Under the pieces are notes generated by a model. The model ran no database searches. It had not been told where the DNA came from and saw nothing but the letters and a program-made list of their open reading frames with translations. DNA of 64,000 bases from the IMG/VR virus record IMGVR_UViG_3300045988_159115; one strand, written 5' to 3'. This DNA is from a virus. Positions 47,986 through 54,690 of the stretch are shown in pieces. The position numbers and the translations under genes were made by a program. Position 1 is the stretch's first letter; every line of letters starts with the position of its first letter.

Positions 47986-48477
47986 ATGAGTAGTAAACTG
48001 GAAGAAGCTTTTATGGAAGCTTACAAAGAAAATCTGATTCCAGCCGATATGGTAATGGAAGCATTTGATGGAATTAAAGCAGCAATCCATAACCATAAAG
48101 AAGAGAAAGCTGCAAATAAATCTGGTAATGATCCGAAACTTGCGGATAAGATTTATAAGAAGCTTTCTCCTTATCTTCCGAGCAATTGGAAGAAATTTTC
48201 TATTAGCGTAGCAGATCATAAGGAAGACCCAAATAAATATGGCGTTCTTATGATGATTACAGACAGCACTGGCAAAACCAGTGATTGGACAAAACTGAAA
48301 TGTGCTGACCGTCCTGAGGCGACTCGTGCTATGATGAACTGTGCCAATCTTCTGCAGAAGCATCAGAAAGGATTTGATGGTACTTCATTTGAATGCAGTG
48401 GAGTTTCTCTCACATTTACGCAAGAGTCTGGAGTTCGTCAGTATAAGTTTTCTTATAAGAAAAAGAAGTCAGAATAA
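47986..48477 (+). CDS. Hypothetical protein (163 aa)
   Basis: GAAAGGAGA SD. Terminator at 48484-48528. Confidence 0.7.
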   Translation: MSSKLEEAFMEAYKENLIPADMVMEAFDGIKAAIHNHKEEKAANKSGNDPKLADKIYKKLSPYLPSNWKKFSISVADHKEDPNKYGVLMMITDSTGKTSDWTKLKCADRPEATRAMMNCANLLQKHQKGFDGTSFECSGVSLTFTQESGVRQYKFSYKKKKSE

Positions 48478-48483
48478 AAAATA

Positions 48484-48528
48484 AAAAAAAGATAGTAACC
48501 AATTTGCATTTGAGTTACTATCTTTTTT
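48484..48528. terminator. Bidirectional terminator
   Basis: A-run, then GATAGTAAC pairing with GTTACTATC, then a T-run. Serves the 47986 gene on the plus strand and the ORF-less unit on the minus strand. Confidence 0.75.
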
Positions 48529-48721
48529 GCTTCCAAAGAGAAGTGATTGAACTGATCCAGGCATAACACTTGTGTTCCATCCTCACCTCATCACTACTGT
48601 GAGAGGTATGAGCCGCGATATACTCTTTTCTTTTCCTTCATCATTATTAATGAAGGCAGCACCACGCCTATCATGAACACGTCGGTTTAACCCGGAAGTT
48701 CAATCACTTCTCTTTGGAAGC
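48529..48721 (-). ncRNA. Candidate structured ncRNA (or MITE-like inverted-repeat element)
   Basis: A perfect 25-bp inverted repeat (48529-48553 / 48697-48721) encloses about 143 nt with internal hairpins such as CCTTCAT..ATGAAGG. No SD-led ORF. On the minus strand it lies between promoter motif 48767-48774 and the terminator at 48484-48528. Confidence 0.4.
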
Positions 48722-48766
48722 GAATTAATTATAAGTACTTATGATACTTACTATTTATTCACATAT

Positions 48767-48774
48767 ATAATATA
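48767..48774 (-). promoter_or_regulatory. Phage promoter-like motif TATATTAT(A) driving an ORF-less unit
   Basis: The minus strand reads TATAATGATATATTATATATG. Lies between the terminator at 48806-48840 and the inverted-repeat element at 48529-48721. Confidence 0.5.
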
Positions 48775-48805
48775 TCATTATAATTTAAGGCTTTATCGTT
48801 AAAAT

Positions 48806-48840
48806 ACCACGGATGTACTCCGAAGAAATACATCCGTGGT
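48806..48840 (-). terminator. Rho-independent terminator
   Basis: ACCACGGATGTA pairs with TACATCCGTGGT. ATTTTAA follows on the minus strand. Confidence 0.7.
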
Positions 48841-48938
48841 TATACACAGAAACGCTTTGATAACAAAATGTTTAGATAAAATCCATTATAAGCGAATAAA
48901 GTAAGTATATTAATCTAGTCCGTTATACTAGAAGAATA

Positions 48939-49241
48939 TCAAGTCTGTAAAGTCCAAGTTGCAGTGCTTAGATCGGTAATCGTTGACGCACATCGTCTTA
49001 TTAATGTTTTATTACGATCGTCGGCGATAAAAATCTGGAAAGCCGTACCGTCGGTGTTAGTAAAACACGCTCCATTTCCGACGCCAAAATTCTTATTAAG
49101 CTCATTATCTTTAGGCAGCCAAGTGTAACACCATCCTTTTGGTAGATCCGTAAGAGAATCATTTGGACATACGTTTGGATAATTATCAATATTCAATTTT
49201 ATGTCTTCATTTGAAGTTCTAAGCATAACCGATTTACTCAT
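48939..49241 (-). CDS. Hypothetical protein (100 aa)
   Basis: ATG 49241 has CGAGG upstream. The track start 49274 abuts the palindrome. AT-rich cassette gene. Confidence 0.5.
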   Translation of the reverse strand: MSKSVMLRTSNEDIKLNIDNYPNVCPNDSLTDLPKGWCYTWLPKDNELNKNFGVGNGACFTNTDGTAFQIFIADDRNKTLIRRCASTITDLSTATWTLQT

Positions 49242-49275
49242 TTTTTGATACCTCGGGCTTAGTACCTTCATCATC

Positions 49276-49304
49276 CTAACATATAATCAAAGATTATATG
49301 TTAG
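49276..49304. promoter_or_regulatory. Perfect 13-3-13 palindrome CTAACATATAATC AAA GATTATATGTTAG (operator candidate)
   Basis: Read directly from the sequence. Contains TATAAT. Sits 35 nt upstream of ATG 49241 on the minus strand. Confidence 0.5.
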
Positions 49305-49495
49305 CAAAAACGAGCCCAAAACTATTCAAATCAGGTAGTTTTGGGCTCGTTACTGCGGCTCTTTTGCCTAGCAAGAATTCAGACAAAATGAATTCAAATG
49401 CTAGGCGTGTAGCGATAGTTATGATGATAAAATATTGTTAGTTTCGTTCAATAAAGAACGTAGCTACGTTGAATAATATTCGTTGCCGAATATTA

Positions 49496-49524
49496 CTAAC
49501 ATATAAGCTTTGCTTATATGTTAG
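49496..49524. promoter_or_regulatory. Perfect 13-3-13 palindrome CTAACATATAAGC TTT GCTTATATGTTAG (operator candidate)
   Basis: Read directly from the sequence. Mirror copy of 49276-49304, and both are followed outward by GGATG. Sits 29 nt upstream of ATG 49553. Confidence 0.5.
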
Positions 49525-49552
49525 GATGGTGCATGCTATGGAGGTTTATTCC

Positions 49553-49951
49553 ATGAGCATTGCAACTGGTGATAAAAAAATTAGCTTGAGAGTAGGCGGA
49601 AAGGACCTAGCTCTAAACGATGGATTTCCATTATCAAATCCAGAAGATTTTAAGCATACACAACTTGAATCTAGAATAACTGATAGTTTATATGATAATG
49701 AAAAAACTCAATATCGACCAACATTTTCTACAAACGAGCTACATGATAATTTACTTGAATTTGAAAATTCACGGACTAACGTAATATGCGGCGTTGGTAT
49801 CGGAACAAGCGGAACCAATCACGGTATTTATAGTTCGTCTTGTCAAAGAGACTGCCCGAATGATGGTTGGCTTATACGAGCAACAGATACTGGATCAGTA
49901 TACATCTACGGAAAACTTATCAGAGATTCAAAAGGTAATTGGTATATATAA
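49553..49951 (+). CDS. Hypothetical protein (132 aa)
   Basis: ATG 49553 lies 8 nt after GGAGG. The track start is TTG 49469. Terminator follows. Confidence 0.55.
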   Translation: MSIATGDKKISLRVGGKDLALNDGFPLSNPEDFKHTQLESRITDSLYDNEKTQYRPTFSTNELHDNLLEFENSRTNVICGVGIGTSGTNHGIYSSSCQRDCPNDGWLIRATDTGSVYIYGKLIRDSKGNWYI

Positions 49952-49953
49952 TA

Positions 49954-50004
49954 AAAAGAAGCTACCTGCATTTCTTAATTGGATTTGCAGGTAGCTTCTT
50001 TTTT
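49954..50004. terminator. Bidirectional terminator
   Basis: AAAAGAAGCTACCTGCA pairs with TGCAGGTAGCTTCTTTT. Confidence 0.8.
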
Positions 50005-50542
50005 ACTCTTTGATCTGTTCGAGGGGCTTCACGTTATCGTTGATGTAGGTTGCAAACCGATAATTGAGACCAGTCTTTTCATCATGACGATAATTCGGGA
50101 AGGTATCAATCATCATCCACCAATTCTTTTTCTGATGCAGATTCGGGAAGAATGCATCTGCATCAGGGGCTTCTTTATCAATGTAGGTCACATATGCTGT
50201 GCTACAATAGTCAATGAGTTCGTTATATAAACTATCTCCTCCAATCAGGTATACTTCCTCAGGAGGGTACATAGAAATGAGATCTTTTAATTCTTCCATG
50301 GTATTCACAATGATTGCATCTTTGGAATCCACATGGTAGTTTTTATCGTGAGTCAAAATGATATTGACTCGTTTTGCAAGAGGCTTCTTGAACGGGAAAG
50401 ATTCAAAGGTCTTTCGACCCATTACAACAACGTGTCCCATTGTCAACTCTTTGAATCTAGCCATGTCATCCTTGATGTGGAAAAGAAGCTTATTATTCTT
50501 GCCAATTCCCCAGTTATTACTGACGGCAACAATAGCTCGCAT
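50003..50542 (-). CDS. folA: Dihydrofolate reductase
   Basis: MRAIVAVSNNWGIGKNNKLLFHIKDDMARFKELTMGHVVVMGRKTFESF is the classical DHFR N-terminus. Start taken at the internal ATG with a GAAGGA SD. Confidence 0.85.
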   Translation of the reverse strand: MRAIVAVSNNWGIGKNNKLLFHIKDDMARFKELTMGHVVVMGRKTFESFPFKKPLAKRVNIILTHDKNYHVDSKDAIIVNTMEELKDLISMYPPEEVYLIGGDSLYNELIDYCSTAYVTYIDKEAPDADAFFPNLHQKKNWWMMIDTFPNYRHDEKTGLNYRFATYINDNVKPLEQIKE

Positions 50543-50617
50543 TGGTATCACCAGTCCTTCCATTTTAATAGATAATTTCTAGGGGTCACTTAGCTAAGTG
50601 TCTGAGTTGATATAAAT

Positions 50618-50657
50618 AAGAAGACTAGACGAGGAAAAATCCTTATCTAGTCTTCTT
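50618..50657. other. Stem-loop in the divergent region between DHFR and the small ORF
   Basis: AAGAAGACTAGA pairs with TCTAGTCTTCTT, a perfect 12 bp. Confidence 0.55.
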
Positions 50658-50684
50658 TTCGTATCTCCTCTAGTTTCAGTTATA

Positions 50685-50693
50685 TGTTATAAT
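50685..50693 (+). promoter_or_regulatory. Host-type extended -10 (TGTTATAAT)
   Basis: Lies 29 nt upstream of ATG 50722. No good -35 element was seen. Confidence 0.3.
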
Positions 50694-50721
50694 GGCATAT
50701 AAAGAAAAGGAGGTGATACTC

Positions 50722-50871
50722 ATGCATACATTTTTCAATGATGCATTTGCAGCGGCATATGCTGCGTGCACAGGGAAGATGCTTGTTCTCGAACCGGAGA
50801 ACTCGACAGATGCTACCATCAATTACGATAGTAGTGCTACGTCGGAACCTATCCGGATCCTGAATAGGTAA
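50722..50871 (+). CDS. Possible small protein (49 aa)
   Basis: Strong AAAGGAGGTG SD 7 nt before the ATG. Preceded by TGTTATAAT and followed by the terminator at 50884-50931. Below the track cutoff. Confidence 0.45.
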   Translation: MHTFFNDAFAAAYAACTGKMLVLEPENSTDATINYDSSATSEPIRILNR

Positions 50872-50883
50872 CCCGACACCCAG

Positions 50884-50931
50884 GAAAGAAAGACTAGGTC
50901 TAGAACCACTGGATCTAGTCTTTCTTTTTTG
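50884..50931. terminator. Bidirectional terminator
   Basis: AAAGAAAGACTAG pairs with CTAGTCTTTCTTT, followed by a T-run. Confidence 0.75.
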
Positions 50932-50945
50932 TTAGTATGTGTATT

Positions 50946-51395
50946 TTAATATAAGCCGCGATCAAATTTAAACCATTTCCAGTAATCTCGCGGTCTTTCT
51001 TTTTTGATAAAATCGTTTACGTGTTTTTTGAAGATATCGTAGTATGCAAAGTCAATCACATAGTCTTTGAATTGAGTGACCATCTCAATGCTAATAAGAT
51101 CGGACGGCTGTGCAATCAGATAGCAATTTTGCAGCTCATTATCCTCTTTCATAGAAGCAACCAATCCATGGATAGCAGGAAGCAATACAATTTTTCCTTT
51201 GAGATTGCACAGGTTGAGAGCTGTCGCCGCCATTGCATAATATTTTCCATCTTTATATGAGTTAAGCCATTCCGTGTGCTGGAGCATACAAATTCGTTTG
51301 TCTACATCTTTTTGAAGCTCGGGAAGATAGTTACGGAAGCATTCTGGATCTTCTTGCTTCTCATAACTATAGAAGATGATCATTCCATGTTCCAT
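50946..51395 (-). CDS. Hypothetical protein (149 aa)
   Basis: TAAATG junction with the upstream kinase-like gene. Confidence 0.65.
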   Translation of the reverse strand: MEHGMIIFYSYEKQEDPECFRNYLPELQKDVDKRICMLQHTEWLNSYKDGKYYAMAATALNLCNLKGKIVLLPAIHGLVASMKEDNELQNCYLIAQPSDLISIEMVTQFKDYVIDFAYYDIFKKHVNDFIKKERPRDYWKWFKFDRGLY

Positions 51396-51917
51396 TTAGT
51401 ACACAGCCTTTCTTTCAAAACCGTTAATGATGTCCTTCATATTATAGCAGTCAGTAGTTTCGATTCGATAATATCCCTGATACAGTCCTTGCTTAACTTC
51501 TTCTTCGATAGATCCAACGTCTTCATCATAGTGATCTCGTACTCGTTCATAAGCTTTCCTATTTTTCAGAATACTCACCGACTTATAACGATTATACGTA
51601 CGATCAATCCAATGAGATTTCATCTCAGGACTCAATGCCGGATAGATAATGAAAAGATCGTCGAACATCTGAAGATTCTGTCTCAGATAAATGAGTTTTC
51701 TTCTGACGTCAATGTGACTGGATACGAATACTACAAATCCCTGGCTCTCGAGGTCCAGTGCTGCATTGCAGTATGAAGTGATCCAATTCGGATCAGTTTT
51801 CTCAAAATTGGATGATTCGAAGTCAACCACGATTGGTCTTGTGATGGTGTCTCCAGTTACTTTCTGATAGTGCTGATATTGAGACTTTCCGACTGCCGGG
51901 AATCCGATGATAATCAT
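51396..51917 (-). CDS. P-loop NTPase, possible (d)NMP kinase
   Basis: N-terminal Walker A IIIGFPAVGKS. AGGAGGA SD. Lies in the nucleotide-metabolism neighbourhood. Confidence 0.45.
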   Translation of the reverse strand: MIIIGFPAVGKSQYQHYQKVTGDTITRPIVVDFESSNFEKTDPNWITSYCNAALDLESQGFVVFVSSHIDVRRKLIYLRQNLQMFDDLFIIYPALSPEMKSHWIDRTYNRYKSVSILKNRKAYERVRDHYDEDVGSIEEEVKQGLYQGYYRIETTDCYNMKDIINGFERKAVY

Positions 51918-51993
51918 ATTTATTTCCTCCTGTGGATAATATTTTTGCTGGTTTCAGAATTGTCACTGGCCGTATATCTTAGAATTCTGATTA

Positions 51994-52001
51994 TATATTA
52001 T
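51994..52001 (+). promoter_or_regulatory. Phage promoter-like motif TATATTAT(A)
   Basis: CTGATTATATATTATAATGC, 70 nt before ATG 52071. Confidence 0.5.
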
Positions 52002-52070
52002 AATGCTGAAGAATAAGAAGGAGAAGAAGAGTAGCCTTCATGGATTAGTTTCTAAAAGGAGGAAACTACT

Positions 52071-52360
52071 ATGATGTGTTCTTACACTGTAAAATATCAT
52101 GATTATGCAACGGTGCCTATTGGTGAAGTTGCAAGTCCTGATTCCTATGGAACCATTCAAGAGTACGTGAGCTGGGAGGGCGCCAGCACGGCCATCGTCA
52201 ATGAAGCGGCCAACTTCATGAATGAGCTTGACTATGCTCACATTGACAGGATCAAAAAACCTTCATCACTGTAAAGTACTATGAAGGAAAGATCGACCGC
52301 TACCGTCGGTTCTACTTCGAAAACTGCGATGACGGTGATGTGGATGATATGGAAGATTAA
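52071..52360 (+). CDS. Hypothetical protein, apparently needs a -1 frameshift at A6 run 52254-52259 (zero-frame stop at 52274)
   Basis: The zero frame gives 67 aa and leaves a 100-nt gap. The -1 frame is open only from 52247 to 52360, has no start of its own, and ends just before the next SD. The fused tail FITVKYYEGKIDRYRRFYFENCDD resembles CIKINYEQDKPVQKSQFFVVTDC in the downstream paralog. Confidence 0.4.
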
Positions 52361-52378
52361 TATAAGGAGGAAACTACT

Positions 52379-52648
52379 ATGGATGCTTATTACAGTCTCA
52401 TGGCTGCAACCGATACGTACGATCGGGCAGCTAATAAGTCCGTTAACGGTAAGTTTACTGTCATTACCGAATCCGATTCTTACCAGGAAACTTATACGCG
52501 GCTTATCAAAGAAGCCGCAAACTTTCTCGCTACGCATGCTGGTAGCGTGGTTGGGGTCATGATGGAGAACTGTATCAAAATCAATTACGAACAGGATAAA
52601 CCTGTTCAAAAGTCTCAGTTCTTTGTGGTGACTGATTGTATGCCGTAA
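52379..52648 (+). CDS. Hypothetical protein (89 aa), paralog of 52071 gene
   Basis: Has the same 17-nt SD region AGGAGGAAACTACTATG as at 52055-52073. Shares the EAANF motif. Confidence 0.6.
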   Translation: MDAYYSLMAATDTYDRAANKSVNGKFTVITESDSYQETYTRLIKEAANFLATHAGSVVGVMMENCIKINYEQDKPVQKSQFFVVTDCMP

Positions 52649-52657
52649 TGGAAAGAG

Positions 52658-52692
52658 GGACCTAACAGCCAGTTAGGTATCCCTTCTTTTTT
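52658..52692 (+). terminator. Terminator, copy 2 of the duplicated element
   Basis: GGACCTAACAGCCAGTTAGGTATCCCTTCTTTTTT. Confidence 0.7.
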
Positions 52693-52765
52693 GTCTTTAT
52701 AGTAGATAATCCATTCAACTTGGTATTAACCTTATTTTTCTTTGGATCATAGAAATGGAGAGAGA

Positions 52766-52978
52766 ATGATGCGGTATCCCGGACAATCATGTGACCCTTT
52801 TGTGAATCTTGTTTGCTATCTCTATGAAGAATTAGATCATCTGGTGCGGAAATCTGTTTTTAAGTTTTGCCTTTGGAATGCAAAACGGAAGAATGATGCT
52901 AAGAAGATGAGTTACTATCAGAGCAAGATAGAGATTGCAGATAGAGTTCATAAAATGATGAAACGTTTTTATTCGTAA
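52766..52978 (+). CDS. Hypothetical protein (70 aa)
   Basis: The track start is TTG 52742. ATG 52766 follows GGAGAG. Confidence 0.45.
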   Translation: MMRYPGQSCDPFVNLVCYLYEELDHLVRKSVFKFCLWNAKRKNDAKKMSYYQSKIEIADRVHKMMKRFYS

Positions 52979-52990
52979 AGGAGGAATATT

Positions 52991-53704
52991 ATGCCGATTC
53001 TTACCAAATCACAAGAAGCAGGTTTCATGGATTTCTGTGATAAAATGCGGAATCCGGAAGCAATGGATCAAGTTACATATCATGAAATCGTTTATCCTTT
53101 TAACATGAATATGTGTATCCAGATGTTCCGTGACAATAATCCATTCTTTAATATCTATCCAAGCTATTCGTTTGGCGAAGATACGATTTGTGCGTATCTG
53201 GCATTTGCCGCTTGCACGGATTCTGAATTTGATCTGTGCATTATGGCAAATACTGATAAAGACTACAATCGAATTCTCAATAAGGTATATTACTTCGTAA
53301 AGAAGTCTCGGTTCTCGCTGATCACAAAGCTTCTTGCATGTTCTCGTCTTGCTAAGAAGTTTTATATTGGGAATGCACGATATGTGTATATTGCCCAGTA
53401 TGAGAGAACCTTTGATCCCGACGACAACTGTTTTGTTGGATGGGTTCATCCGAGGGTAACTGGCGGTACGATTGATGAGAATCGTCCTCATGCATATGGA
53501 ACGCATGTCATCAAGAGCAGAATGCATGATATGAGAACTCATACCATTATTTCTGGTAAAGATGCGTATGATGTTCTTAAGACTCAGATTGGTAGCTATC
53601 TCATGTACTATAACGTGATTGATGCTGATCTGGATTCTTGTAAGGAAGATACTCACAAAACCGCTGGAGAATATTTTAAGAACAGGGAGAAAAATAATGA
53701 GTAA
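52991..53704 (+). CDS. Hypothetical protein (237 aa) translationally coupled to the ThyA-like gene
   Basis: AAAGGAGGA SD. Its 3' end overlaps the ThyA-like start by 8 nt. Confidence 0.65.
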   Translation: MPILTKSQEAGFMDFCDKMRNPEAMDQVTYHEIVYPFNMNMCIQMFRDNNPFFNIYPSYSFGEDTICAYLAFAACTDSEFDLCIMANTDKDYNRILNKVYYFVKKSRFSLITKLLACSRLAKKFYIGNARYVYIAQYERTFDPDDNCFVGWVHPRVTGGTIDENRPHAYGTHVIKSRMHDMRTHTIISGKDAYDVLKTQIGSYLMYYNVIDADLDSCKEDTHKTAGEYFKNREKNNE

Positions 53705-54626
53705 AGCAGATGTTATTTTCAAGGACAATGTAGAGCAGATCCTTTGCATGGGAAATTATGAAGATCATTCTCTTCGTTGGTATCCGACTCGAGCAATGTG
53801 GGCGGATACGAAACTTACTGCTTGCACTGCAAAAGCATTCGGTATCGTGAATGAGTATGATCTTCGGGAAGAGTTCCCTGCAATCACTTTCCGAAAGACT
53901 GGTCTGAAGTCTTGCATGGATGAGATTCTTTGGATCTATCAGAAGAAGAGCAATAACATCCATGATCTGAAATCTCATATCTGGGATTCTTGGGCAGATG
54001 CTTCTGGTTCCATTGGTAAGGCATATGGCTATCAGATTGGTCAGAAGTATAAGCACCATAAAGCCCATATGGATATCAACGGATGCTATCCGGATGGAAC
54101 TGTTTTTGCAAAGAATGGCAATCCTTATGTGATGCTGGATCAGATGGATGCTGTGCTGTATGATCTTCAGCACGATCCTTGGTCCCGTCGTATCATGACA
54201 AATACGTACTGCTTCGAGGACCTTTCTGAGATGGGTCTGTATCCTTGTGCATATTCTACTACGTGGAATGTGACCAAGGAAGACGGTTATGAGAAGCCGG
54301 TTCTGAATCTGCTTTTGAATCAGAGAAGCAATGACTATATGGTTGCAAACAACTGGAATACTGCACAGTACGCAATCCTCTTAATGATGGTTGCACAGGT
54401 ATGTGACATGGTTCCTGGTCGTTTGACTCATGTCATTGCAGATGCCCACATCTATGATCGTCATCGTGAGATGATTGAGAGTATGATTCGTCGTCCGATG
54501 TATCCTGCTCCGAAGGTTAGTCTGGATCCTTCCATTAAAGATTTCTACAAGTTCACTACAGATAGCCTGATTGTGGAAAATTATCAGGCTGGTGAGCAAA
54601 TCAAAAATATCCCTGTAGCTGTATAA
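53697..54626 (+). CDS. thyA: Thymidylate synthase family enzyme (ThyA or dUMP hydroxymethylase)
   Basis: FPAITFRKTGLKSCMDEILWIYQKKSN..IWDSWA, SRRIMT, YPCAYS (catalytic Cys), NQRSNDYMVANNWNTAQYA (Asn as in dUMP-specific enzymes), ADAHIYDRH. Confidence 0.8.
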   Translation: MSKADVIFKDNVEQILCMGNYEDHSLRWYPTRAMWADTKLTACTAKAFGIVNEYDLREEFPAITFRKTGLKSCMDEILWIYQKKSNNIHDLKSHIWDSWADASGSIGKAYGYQIGQKYKHHKAHMDINGCYPDGTVFAKNGNPYVMLDQMDAVLYDLQHDPWSRRIMTNTYCFEDLSEMGLYPCAYSTTWNVTKEDGYEKPVLNLLLNQRSNDYMVANNWNTAQYAILLMMVAQVCDMVPGRLTHVIADAHIYDRHREMIESMIRRPMYPAPKVSLDPSIKDFYKFTTDSLIVENYQAGEQIKNIPVAV

Positions 54627-54635
54627 CTACAAAAA

Positions 54636-54682
54636 AGAAGACTATGCACTTGATATATGAATCATTGTGCATAGTCTTCTTA
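54636..54682. terminator. Bidirectional terminator
   Basis: AGAAGACTATGCAC pairs with GTGCATAGTCTTCT. Confidence 0.8.
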
Positions 54683-54690
54683 GCATTCAT

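Noticed and set aside
48560-48620. Hammerhead-like GUGAUGAGG within the inverted-repeat element. A tRNA-like TTCAATC loop and a retron msr/msd idea were also considered.
   Set aside because: The hammerhead core needs CUGAUGA plus a GAAA partner in the right geometry, and neither fits. No cloverleaf can be drawn. There is no reverse transcriptase nearby for a retron.
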